Of a stretch of DNA of 39,851 nt, positions 1 through 8,723 are shown one piece after another. The translations under genes and the position numbers were made by a program. This DNA comes from Candidatus Sigynarchaeum calidifontis. GTDB taxonomy: Archaea > Asgardarchaeota > Lokiarchaeia > Sigyniarchaeales > Sigyniarchaeaceae. The stretch spans positions 1 to 39,851 of the forward strand of contig JAUQYZ020000243.1 in assembly GCA_030587475.2 (NCBI GenBank), in the 5' to 3' direction. Numbering within the stretch: position 1 is the stretch's first letter; each line of letters opens with the position of its first letter. Under the pieces are notes generated by a model. It was not told the DNA's origin and made no database searches. It worked only from the letters and a program-made list of their open reading frames with translations.

Positions 1-1
1 G

Positions 2-2296
2 TACATCCACATCTATGGTGGGGAGCTTGCCATCGAAGGGGGCGCCACTGTGGACGCACGGGACGGACTCGTGTATGACACGACAGACAATTCTTATATC
101 CATATTCGCGCTGGTGATAGCTTGGACGTGGATGTTTGCGTGGAAAATATCGCACCTGATTGTTCTATTAGTGAAAAAGTCGACTTGATGATTGGTAATC
201 TGAGCGTTGGAACCAATGGATCAGCCGGTTACTTGTATTGTGACGGAATCTGCGCGCTCTGCTCACCGATAACGACTGATAGTCCAACACCCCTTGAACC
301 GAAATTTATCAATCAAGCGACCATGACGCATGTTGAGGCTGATAGGATTCGTTTTATGACTTATGACAATCCTAATGACATCCAGAATTTCATAATTCGG
401 GACTCGGTCTTGAACGTGAAATACAACATTCTGTGTGTGCCGGGTCATGGTTCGGTTTTCCAATCTTACAATTCCATCGTGAACACAGGCTGGCTCGACT
501 CGGGGGGGATTTATCCTTCGACATGGGCTGATCCTGCAACGCCGAGGATCGAAAATTCGGAGATTAATGCCCTTGTCATGGTCGCCGAGTTTTCCAGAAT
601 GACTATTCAAAAGAGCAAGATCATGGTGCTAACTTTTGGCATGGGTGTGGTTGATTCGATTGATAATGACTCCACGATAGGCTTACTTGTTCCAAATATC
701 TACGTTTACAATATAGAACGTACAAAGACCTTTACAATTCGCCCGGGGAGTCAGATTGACCCCAATGATGATCCCGGTAAAGAACCCGATGGTGATGAAT
801 ATGATGTGATCGATACAACAGATCCTCAAAACCCTAAACTAGCAAGCATGGGGACATTCCCCACGAATGAGGACATTCAAGACTTTGTGGTCCTCGATCT
901 CCCATCAGGGAGCACGCCAAGGGTTATAAAGCGTCAAGCAATGGTAAGCTATCGTTATACAAAAGGAATAACGGTCGAATCTTGCAAGGGAAATCATGCC
1001 CTCTTTCTTTTCGACTTATCAACCGGGTGTGATTCTCAAAAGATCATCGATTCGGAGATGTCGTATTATTTCAACGATGTCGGCTATCAAAATAATATGG
1101 ATGCCATTTTCGTCAACAGTGCATTTTTATCGTGTGAATCCCTTCTCGACACCATCAAAACAAGTGTCGAGAACGACTGGCCGAGTTTCAACAAGAATAA
1201 CATCGGTCTAGGGTTCGGATATTGTAATATGATAGGGTACAATTATTTGGGTTTTCCGCATGCCACATTCATAAACTGTTGGTTCGATGACGCGTTCACG
1301 TTCCGATATGGCGTCGAAGGAACCTCGTTCCTTGAATTCAGTGGATCAACCGAGTCCCGAGCTGTCACGCTTGTCGATTGTAACTTCGACAGTGCCGGCG
1401 ACGTCCTGTTCCTCGGGAAGACCACGGCCGATGCGAACATGCTAATCATCGACGCGGGTGGTCTCCCGACATCGGTCACGGACATGAGAGCGCGGCAAGA
1501 TTTCTATTACGACTCGGAGAACGGCGTGCTCCTCCCCATACCAGCGCTTGGGGGCAAAATCCGATGCAAACTCGTCGTGCCGGAGAACCTTTATACTTCC
1601 CCCGGTATCGACTTCACAGTGGATGGTATAGCTTATACCGTTACATCCAGCGAGAACCAGACACTATGCTCTCTAGGCGCTACCACGCCGCACATCATTT
1701 CGGTCGCCGGGGATACGGTTGACAGATACCTCGAATTCACCATGGTAGAGGACCTCGATTATTTTCCGTCCGAGACGCTGAACAATAAATGGACTGTTAC
1801 GAATGGAGTCACGGTACCATCGCGAACCGAATTCGATCATCATATGCAAATAGTGGACAATGTCGTAGGCACTTCTCAATGGGCGTACTGGGACTGCACA
1901 GATGTCGGCGCGGGTACGCCACCCACGCCGGTTGGGTACACGCTCGCCTTCCAGATCAAGATCAATTCCACCTCATGCTATGGCGATGCATGGATTCTGC
2001 TCAAATCCGGGTCGTCCTATCTTGTTATGGTGCATTTCATTTACGGGCAAATCATGTATTGGAGCGGATCGGGCTTGTACGACACGTCCTTGAGGTATTC
2101 ATCCGGGACGTACCACGACGTGAAGATCCAGATCACGAGCACTAACAGTTTCGTCGTCGTGCTCGATGGCACGAGTTCGAACACGTGTTTCCACAGCCAA
2201 GCATGGTCGGACAAATTAACAAATGTTGATATTTGCTCGACGGATACCGGGACAGGCACGTTCTACTTGGACAACATCGGGATCTTCCAGACGTGA
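2..2296 (+). CDS. Large putative extracellular/surface protein, 5'-truncated by the window; possible beta-helix region and C-terminal ConA/LamG-like beta-sandwich
   Basis: Frame is open from base 2 (YIHIYGGELAIEGG...), so the true start lies upstream. Rich in S/T/D/N/G with beta-strand patterning. C-terminal segment TYHDVKIQI...FVVVLDG...FYLDNIGI resembles lectin-like folds. Confidence 0.55.
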   Translation, partial: YIHIYGGELAIEGGATVDARDGLVYDTTDNSYIHIRAGDSLDVDVCVENIAPDCSISEKVDLMIGNLSVGTNGSAGYLYCDGICALCSPITTDSPTPLEPKFINQATMTHVEADRIRFMTYDNPNDIQNFIIRDSVLNVKYNILCVPGHGSVFQSYNSIVNTGWLDSGGIYPSTWADPATPRIENSEINALVMVAEFSRMTIQKSKIMVLTFGMGVVDSIDNDSTIGLLVPNIYVYNIERTKTFTIRPGSQIDPNDDPGKEPDGDEYDVIDTTDPQNPKLASMGTFPTNEDIQDFVVLDLPSGSTPRVIKRQAMVSYRYTKGITVESCKGNHALFLFDLSTGCDSQKIIDSEMSYYFNDVGYQNNMDAIFVNSAFLSCESLLDTIKTSVENDWPSFNKNNIGLGFGYCNMIGYNYLGFPHATFINCWFDDAFTFRYGVEGTSFLEFSGSTESRAVTLVDCNFDSAGDVLFLGKTTADANMLIIDAGGLPTSVTDMRARQDFYYDSENGVLLPIPALGGKIRCKLVVPENLYTSPGIDFTVDGIAYTVTSSENQTLCSLGATTPHIISVAGDTVDRYLEFTMVEDLDYFPSETLNNKWTVTNGVTVPSRTEFDHHMQIVDNVVGTSQWAYWDCTDVGAGTPPTPVGYTLAFQIKINSTSCYGDAWILLKSGSSYLVMVHFIYGQIMYWSGSGLYDTSLRYSSGTYHDVKIQITSTNSFVVVLDGTSSNTCFHSQAWSDKLTNVDICSTDTGTGTFYLDNIGIFQT

Positions 2297-2306
2297 GGTC
2301 TTCTAC

Positions 2307-2379
2307 ATTTTTATGGTAATCCATTTCTTTTTTATCATTTTGAAAAGAAAAACTTGTTTAGAATAGGTTTTTTCTTTTT
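2307..2379 (+). terminator. T-rich archaeal-type terminator region
   Basis: Several oligo-T runs directly after the stop at 2296. Confidence 0.45.
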
Positions 2380-2506
2380 GGGCAATCTCGATCCGATTTT
2401 TCGCATCTAACTAGGAACGCCAGCATTCCACTATACAAAGGTAGGAATAATACAAAGACGTAAGGCCAAAGGAAAGACTGAATAATGCTGGAAGGAACGT
2501 GAATGC

Positions 2507-3400
2507 ATGGCCTCGAAAAACATGGCTGACCTCGCGAAGCTCGTCAAGGAACGAGCACGCGCGCTGGGCATCGATCTCGTGGGCATCACTGGCCTGGACC
2601 GCCTCGAAGGGGCGCCCAAGCGGTTCCACGCCACGGATTACATGCCATCGGCGCGGAGCGTGATCGTCCTCGGCACCCACTTCCCGGATGGCGTGGTCGA
2701 CAACTGGGATCGGACACCATCGAGTTACCAATATTACGGGTACGCCATACCGAACAAGGAACTCGGCCACGCGTGCTACAAGGTCAGCAAGCTGGTCGAG
2801 GCGAATGGATACAAGTGCTTCCCGATCGTGCCGACGGGGCATAGCAAGGACATGGACCACGAGAAGCAAATGGGCGAGTTCTCGCACCGGCACGCGGCAG
2901 TCGCTGCAGGATTCGGCGAGCTCGGGTACAACCGGCTCCTCATCACGCCGCAGTTCGGGAACCGGGTCCGGCTTTGTTCCATCATCACGGAGGCACCGCT
3001 GCCCGCCGATCCCATGTACGACGGCCCGTCGCTGTGCGACAGGTGTAAAAGGTGCGTGCGCGCTTGCCCGGGCAACTGCCTCGACGAGGACAAGCTGCTA
3101 CACTGCAAGGTCGGGGAGAAAACGTTCGAATACGTGACCTTGTACCAGTTCCGCTGCTTCTACAACGTTGCGGGCCTGGGGCCAGGAACTGGCGGGCACT
3201 TGAACTACCCGCTACCTAAAAGAAAAGGCGAGCTCGGGCAACTCGCGTTTCTTTCACGTTACCTCAAGGCGGCCATCTTGAAATTCAAGATGTTTCAATA
3301 CATGTCCCGGCAGCAATACGCGGTCGACTGGTACGATTACTGCGGGCGATGTCTTCACGCGTGCAACCGGCCGTTGAACCGGTTCGCGCCTCAAGCATGA
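2507..3400 (+). CDS. QueG/reductive-dehalogenase-like 4Fe-4S protein, probably cobalamin-binding
   Basis: Motifs FSHRHAAVAAGFGELG, ITPQFGNRVRL, CDRCKRCVRACP and C-terminal CGRCLHAC. Confidence 0.8.
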   Translation: MASKNMADLAKLVKERARALGIDLVGITGLDRLEGAPKRFHATDYMPSARSVIVLGTHFPDGVVDNWDRTPSSYQYYGYAIPNKELGHACYKVSKLVEANGYKCFPIVPTGHSKDMDHEKQMGEFSHRHAAVAAGFGELGYNRLLITPQFGNRVRLCSIITEAPLPADPMYDGPSLCDRCKRCVRACPGNCLDEDKLLHCKVGEKTFEYVTLYQFRCFYNVAGLGPGTGGHLNYPLPKRKGELGQLAFLSRYLKAAILKFKMFQYMSRQQYAVDWYDYCGRCLHACNRPLNRFAPQA

Positions 3401-4233
3401 AACGAACATCGATGATGCCAATGAAGGCAAGCGAGATACTAGATCACTTCCGCAAGGTCGGCACGTGGGTCACGTGGAACGGCCGGGAGAGCGACAAGTT
3501 CCTCTTCGGGGATCCGGATTCCGAAGTAAAGGGCATCGCCGTCTCGTGGATGGCAACAAAACCAAACTTGCTCCTGGCAAGAAGCAGGGGATGCAACGTC
3601 TTCATCACGCACGAGCCGTTGTACGTCGGCATTGCCAATCAATTCGGTGTTTATTCGGCTGGAGGTATTCTCCTGGAGGAGGACGATGCATGGGTCGCCA
3701 AGGCGCAGTGGTTGGAAAAGGAGAACATGGTTGTCCTCCGTTGCCACGACACGTGGGACGACTTCCCCGGCATCGGCATCCACGGGGCCTGGGCGAGATG
3801 GCTCGGGTTCACGGGCAAGCCGCTCGTTCAGGTGAAGTTCTACGAGGTGCACGGGATCGGGTTCGGGACGTTCGGCGCGTTATGCGAGCACGTGCAGAGG
3901 CAAGTCCGGGCGCTCGGCCAGGACGCCGTGCTCGCGATCGGGGATCCCGCGAAGAAGGTCTCGAAAGTCGCCATCGGCACGGGTGCCATCACGAACTACC
4001 GGCTCATGCACGGTCTCGGAGCCGACGTGCTCGTTCTCACGGACGACGGCACGCGGCTGTGGGAGAGCGCGCAATGGGCAGAAGACACCGGCGTGCCCGT
4101 CATCATCGTGAACCACGCAACCGCCGAGGAACCCGGCATGCGCGAGCTGGGAAAGTACTTGCAGTCGACCTTCCCGGAAGTGCCCGTGCACGTGATCGAG
4201 CGCGGTTGCTTATACCGTGCTATCACGAAATGA
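3397..4233 (+). CDS. NIF3/YbgI-like dinuclear metal-centre protein
   Basis: Motifs FITHEPLY, RCHDTWD, VAIGTG, NHATAEEPGM. ATGA overlap with the upstream stop; alternative start at 3421. Confidence 0.8.
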   Translation: MKRTSMMPMKASEILDHFRKVGTWVTWNGRESDKFLFGDPDSEVKGIAVSWMATKPNLLLARSRGCNVFITHEPLYVGIANQFGVYSAGGILLEEDDAWVAKAQWLEKENMVVLRCHDTWDDFPGIGIHGAWARWLGFTGKPLVQVKFYEVHGIGFGTFGALCEHVQRQVRALGQDAVLAIGDPAKKVSKVAIGTGAITNYRLMHGLGADVLVLTDDGTRLWESAQWAEDTGVPVIIVNHATAEEPGMRELGKYLQSTFPEVPVHVIERGCLYRAITK

Positions 4234-4254
4234 CAGCATCGCAACCGATAAGCC

Positions 4255-5094
4255 ATGAGAGCCCCTTTCCTCGTATTCATCGGCGATGTCCATAACCGGC
4301 TAGATCTGCTCAAAAGGGCGCTCGCCATGGTACCCAAGGGTGCGTTGCTCGCCTTCGTCGGCGACCTCGTGGATATGCGCCATCCACGGCTCGCGCGGGC
4401 ATCGATTGTTGACCCGCAAGACGTGCTCGACGTTCATGCCGCCTTGATCGAGTTCTTGAACTCTATCGATACATCGTGCTTCTTCGTGCTCGGCAACCAC
4501 GACCCGCTGGCCTTGACAGAACGGCTAGGCTCCCAGTGGATCTGCCTCGACCTTGCAATGCAAGAATTGCCCGGCACGGATTTCACGCTCGGTGGCATAG
4601 GAGGCTCGCACATGATCCCGCCCGGGCTTCCAAAAGACACGGTACGGCGGTTCATCGAGGGCTTGATCCCCGGTGCACCGACAGGCGCGTACAAGGATCG
4701 AGGATTCGTCGAATATCCGGTGAATGTCGGTGGTGAGCCGTGCACGGTACTGTCCAGGATTCCCGGCGAACTTTCCACGTATAAAGGGAACCCTCCGGCC
4801 TTGTTACTCACGCACACGCCCCCCATCCTGCCAATCGTCGATGTGTTTTCAAAGGAGGCGCTGCAATTCAAGAGCCTTGGCCTAGCCCATGCCATCGAGC
4901 TTGTCAAGCCATCCTACGTGGTTTCAGGCCATTTGCACGAGCCCCGTCCACTGTTTCACGAGATGGTTTGCGATAGTGGCTTCCGCGCGGCGTGCATTCA
5001 AACGGGCGAGATCAATCCGGCGATTCCCCTTTGGGCGATGGAGTTCGTGGATAGGTCATCGATACCGGAACCCCGCCGGTTGATATGGAAATGA
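4255..5094 (+). CDS. Calcineurin-like metallophosphoesterase
   Basis: Motifs GDVHN, GDLVD, GNHD, THTPP, SGHLH. Confidence 0.85.
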   Translation: MRAPFLVFIGDVHNRLDLLKRALAMVPKGALLAFVGDLVDMRHPRLARASIVDPQDVLDVHAALIEFLNSIDTSCFFVLGNHDPLALTERLGSQWICLDLAMQELPGTDFTLGGIGGSHMIPPGLPKDTVRRFIEGLIPGAPTGAYKDRGFVEYPVNVGGEPCTVLSRIPGELSTYKGNPPALLLTHTPPILPIVDVFSKEALQFKSLGLAHAIELVKPSYVVSGHLHEPRPLFHEMVCDSGFRAACIQTGEINPAIPLWAMEFVDRSSIPEPRRLIWK

Positions 5095-5186
5095 TTGATT
5101 TACGTAAAAGGGAAAAATCGGCTTGTAAATGCAAATCGAAGGTCTCTAGATCCTCTGAATCGCAAGCCGGGGTGCCGAGCCGTAAC

Positions 5187-5195
5187 TTATATATA
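5187..5195 (+). promoter_or_regulatory. Putative TATA box for the dodecin gene
   Basis: TTATATATA about 50 nt upstream of ATG 5244 in an otherwise GC-rich context. Confidence 0.45.
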
Positions 5196-5243
5196 CCTTT
5201 CACTAAGTTTTCTTGCGCGTTTATACACCGCGTGGGTGATCTC

Positions 5244-5459
5244 ATGGTGGACAATAGCGTCTATAAAATCACAGAACTAGTCGGCACGAGTGATAAGAGC
5301 TTTGAAGATGCGGTCAAGAACGTGATTGAAACCGCATCGAAGACATTGCGAGACCTCCGCATCGCAGAAGTGACCAAGCTCGACGTGCGGATCGAGGATG
5401 GAAAGATCGCGGCATACCGTGCACGTGTCTTGCTATCGTTCAAGTACGAGAAGGAATGA
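5244..5459 (+). CDS. Dodecin (flavin-binding protein)
   Basis: SVYKITELVGTSDKSFEDAV...AYRARVLLSFKYE, 71 aa. GGTGAT RBS before ATG 5244; the ORF-track start at 5085 is too far upstream. Confidence 0.9.
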   Translation: MVDNSVYKITELVGTSDKSFEDAVKNVIETASKTLRDLRIAEVTKLDVRIEDGKIAAYRARVLLSFKYEKE

Positions 5460-5521
5460 ACCGTTTTTTCCGGCCAAGCTCTACTTGAAGCAATAGATAA
5501 TCTCCCTTTTTTCTCATCCAT

Positions 5522-5552
5522 TAGAACCGGCGAGTATATCTCGACGGTTCTA
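5522..5552. repeat. Near-perfect inverted repeat/hairpin between dodecin and the mutase operon
   Basis: TAGAACCG-g-CGAG-tatat-CTCG-a-CGGTTCTA, 12 of 13 bp paired. Confidence 0.7.
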
Positions 5553-5624
5553 CTTGCTATCCCCACTTCCCCGATAAACATTTAACTTCCAGCCAAGACA
5601 CTTTTAAGTGGTGGCACACGACAT

Positions 5625-7238
5625 ATGGAAGGCAGCAATTATACCGAGCGGAAGAAGATATTCAAGAATCTTTCGGGCATCGAGATCAAGCGCTTGTACG
5701 AACCGAACGACGTGAGAAACATCGATTATGATAGGGATCTTGGCCAACCTGGTGAATACCCATTCACCCGAGGCGTTTACCCGACGATGTACCGGACACG
5801 TCTCTGGACCATGCGCCAGTTTGCCGGCCTGGGAACCGCCGAAGACACGAACAAGCGGTTCAAGTACTTGATCGAGAATGGCCAGACCGGCTTGTCCGTC
5901 GCCTTTCACTTGCCGACCCTTTACGGCTGGGAATCCGGGCACGAGATGACCGTTGGTGAAATCGGGAAGGAAGGCGTGGCCATCGACACGCTCGCTGACA
6001 TGGAAACCCTTTTTTCTGGCATCGATCTCGGCAAGATATCCACATCCATGACCATCAATGGTCCTGCCTCCATCTTGCTCGCGATGTACGTCGCGGTTGG
6101 CGAAAAACAAGGCGTTCCTGCTGAAAAACTCACCGGCACTATCCAAAATGATATCTTGAAGGAATACATTGCACAAAAATCATGGATTTTCCCGCCCGAG
6201 CCATCGATGCGGCTCATCGTCGACACGATAGAGTTTTGCACGAAGAAAGTACCGAAATGGAACACGATCAGCATCAGCGGGTACCATATCCGGGAAGCCG
6301 GGTCCACGGCAGTGCAAGAGCTCGCGTTCACCCTCGCCGATGGGTTCGCGTACGTGGAGGCAGCGATGAAACGAGGGATGGACATCGATGCCTTCGCTCC
6401 CCGGCTTTCATTTTTCTTCAATGCCCACAACGATTTCTTCGAGGAGATAGCCAAGTACCGCGCCGCCCGCCGCATCTGGGCGCGCCACATGAAGGAGCGA
6501 TACAAGGCAAAGAATCCCGATTCCATGCGGCTGCGATTCCACACGCAGACGGCCGGCGTGTCGCTTCAAGCACAGGAGCCAGAAAACAACATCATCCGCG
6601 TCACGCTGCAAGCCCTCGCGGCTGTCCTCGGGGGCACCCAGAGCCTCCACACGAACAGCTTCGACGAGGCACTCGCTCTTCCCTCCGAGCATGCTGTCAA
6701 GATCGCCCTCCGCACCCAGCAGATCATCGCCCACGAGTCGGGCGTGGCCAATACCATCGATCCCCTCGGTGGATCCTATTACGTGGAATGGCTCACGAAC
6801 AAGATGGAGGAGGAGGCCGAGAAATATTTCAAGAAGATAGACGAGCTCGGTGGCGTCATCCCCGCGATCAAGAAGAATTTCTTCCAGATGGAAATCGCCC
6901 GGTCGGCCTACGAGTACCAGAAACAGATCGAGAGCGGGGAGCAGAGTGTCGTGGCCGTGAATTTCCAGAAGACATCGAGTTGCGGCCCCAAGGTCGACCT
7001 TCTCAAGATCGGGCCCGAGGTCGCGGAGAAGCAAATCGCGAAACTAGCGAAGGTGAAGGCAACGCGGGACAACACGGCGGTTTCGGCCGCGCTTGCCAAG
7101 GTCAAGGCAGCCGCGAGGAGCACGGATAACCTCGTCTATCCCATCCTCGAAGCCGTGAAAGCATACGCGTCGGTCGGCGAGATCATCGCCACGCTCAAGG
7201 AAGTCTTCGGGGTACACAAGGAGGATGCCATTTTCTAG
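5625..7238 (+). CDS. Acyl-CoA mutase large subunit (methylmalonyl-CoA mutase family; isobutyryl-CoA-mutase-type specificity residues)
   Basis: Motifs [54 protein letters not shown]. Confidence 0.95.
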   Translation: MEGSNYTERKKIFKNLSGIEIKRLYEPNDVRNIDYDRDLGQPGEYPFTRGVYPTMYRTRLWTMRQFAGLGTAEDTNKRFKYLIENGQTGLSVAFHLPTLYGWESGHEMTVGEIGKEGVAIDTLADMETLFSGIDLGKISTSMTINGPASILLAMYVAVGEKQGVPAEKLTGTIQNDILKEYIAQKSWIFPPEPSMRLIVDTIEFCTKKVPKWNTISISGYHIREAGSTAVQELAFTLADGFAYVEAAMKRGMDIDAFAPRLSFFFNAHNDFFEEIAKYRAARRIWARHMKERYKAKNPDSMRLRFHTQTAGVSLQAQEPENNIIRVTLQALAAVLGGTQSLHTNSFDEALALPSEHAVKIALRTQQIIAHESGVANTIDPLGGSYYVEWLTNKMEEEAEKYFKKIDELGGVIPAIKKNFFQMEIARSAYEYQKQIESGEQSVVAVNFQKTSSCGPKVDLLKIGPEVAEKQIAKLAKVKATRDNTAVSAALAKVKAAARSTDNLVYPILEAVKAYASVGEIIATLKEVFGVHKEDAIF

Positions 7239-7248
7239 GTGAACGATC

Positions 7249-7650
7249 ATGGTACAAGACAAGAGAATCAGGGTCATCGTCGCGAAGCCCGGGCTTGATG
7301 GACACGATCGGGGCGCCAAGGTGCTGGCCAGGGCGCTGCGCGACGCGGGCATGGAGGTCATTTACACCGGGCTGCACCAGACGCCAGCCCAGATCGTGGA
7401 AACCGTCATCCAGGAGGACCCGGACGTGCTTTGCTTGTCCATTCTTTCTGGAGCACACAACGAGTTGTTTCCTCGCGTGATGCAAATAATGAAGGAAAAG
7501 GGCATCGACGACGTGCTCGTCATGGCCGGCGGTGTCATCCCCGATGATGACATCCCTGGCTTGAGAAAACTTGGCATCGAGGGATTCTACGGCCCGGGAT
7601 CGAAGCTGCAAGACATCATCGACTACATCAAGGCGCACTTGAAACGCTGA
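7249..7650 (+). CDS. Acyl-CoA mutase small, cobalamin-binding subunit
   Basis: KPGLDGHDRGAK (DxHxxG), SILSGAH, GGVIP. Confidence 0.95.
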   Translation: MVQDKRIRVIVAKPGLDGHDRGAKVLARALRDAGMEVIYTGLHQTPAQIVETVIQEDPDVLCLSILSGAHNELFPRVMQIMKEKGIDDVLVMAGGVIPDDDIPGLRKLGIEGFYGPGSKLQDIIDYIKAHLKR

Positions 7651-7680
7651 GCATTTTTCGCCATTGTAGAGGTGTTGAGC

Positions 7681-8700
7681 ATGGATATCGATGAGCTCGT
7701 TGTCCGCATGAAGAATGGAGATCGTCGCGCCACCTCGCGGCTCATTTCGCTTGCGGAGAGCGACATCGCTGCGGCGCGTGCTATCTCGACCCGCATCTTC
7801 AAGGACACGGGAAAAGCTTACATCCTCGGCGTCACAGGAGCCCCCGGCTCTGGAAAAAGCACGCTAGTCAACCAGCTCATCACCCTCCTCGTCAATAAAG
7901 GAAAGCGAGTAGGCGTGGTGTGCATCGATCCGACCAGCCCATTCTCTGGCGGGGCGCTGCTCGGTGATCGCATTCGGATGAAGGAGGATTATCCACCCGG
8001 GCAAGTGTTCATCCGGAGCATGGCGAGCCGCGGGAAACTCGGTGGGGTGGCGCGTGCCACGAAAGACACGGTTTCCATACTCGACGCGTTCGGCGTCGAT
8101 GTCATCATCGTGGAAACCGTCGGCGTGGGCCAGAACGAGGTCGATGTCTTCGCGCTAGCACACACGACACTGGTCCTGCTCGCGCCAGGTATGGGCGACG
8201 AGATCCAGGCGTTCAAGGCTGGCATCATGGAAACTAGCGATATCTACGTTGTCAACAAGATCGATCACGATGGCGCGGATAGGCTCGTCGGCGAGATCGA
8301 ATCAATGTTGGATCTTGCCGATACCGTCGAGCTGGAACACGCGGAGAATCACGTCGTCATCGAGGTTCGTAGGCAAGTCAGGGCCGGCTGGCGACCCCCG
8401 ATTTGCAAGACTAACGCGCTCACGGGCTATGGCGTGGAAGCTTTGTGGGCCGCCGTCGAGAAACACCGCTCCCACCTGATAAAATCGGGGGAAATGGCTC
8501 GAAAAAACCGAAACAAGTTCCGGCAAGAGATCATCGACATCCTGCGCGAGAAATTTTCCCTTCACGTGGAGGAAGCCCTCGATCTGGCGAGGAATGATGA
8601 CCTTCCTATCTTGCTGGACGAGATCGCTGCCCGGAAGAAGGATCCGTACACGGTTTCGGACGGCATCGGGAAAAAAATCGCCGATGCATTCAAGTCTTGA
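7681..8700 (+). CDS. meaB: MeaB/ArgK GTPase chaperone of B12 mutases
   Basis: Motifs GAPGSGKST, DPTSPFSGGALLGDRIRM, ETVGVGQ, NKID. GAGGTG RBS at 7669-7674 favours ATG 7681. Confidence 0.95.
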   Translation: MDIDELVVRMKNGDRRATSRLISLAESDIAAARAISTRIFKDTGKAYILGVTGAPGSGKSTLVNQLITLLVNKGKRVGVVCIDPTSPFSGGALLGDRIRMKEDYPPGQVFIRSMASRGKLGGVARATKDTVSILDAFGVDVIIVETVGVGQNEVDVFALAHTTLVLLAPGMGDEIQAFKAGIMETSDIYVVNKIDHDGADRLVGEIESMLDLADTVELEHAENHVVIEVRRQVRAGWRPPICKTNALTGYGVEALWAAVEKHRSHLIKSGEMARKNRNKFRQEIIDILREKFSLHVEEALDLARNDDLPILLDEIAARKKDPYTVSDGIGKKIADAFKS

Positions 8701-8723
8701 ACGACTCGTTTTGCGTGAAAACG

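Noticed and set aside
2507-3400. Calling the gene queG or a respiratory rdhA
   Set aside because: Archaeal context, no Tat signal and no rdhB anchor gene.
7648-7683. B12-binding subunit and meaB are in frame across one TGA, echoing the IcmF fusion order
   Set aside because: meaB has its own GAGGTG RBS at suitable spacing and both proteins are full length, so coincidence is sufficient.
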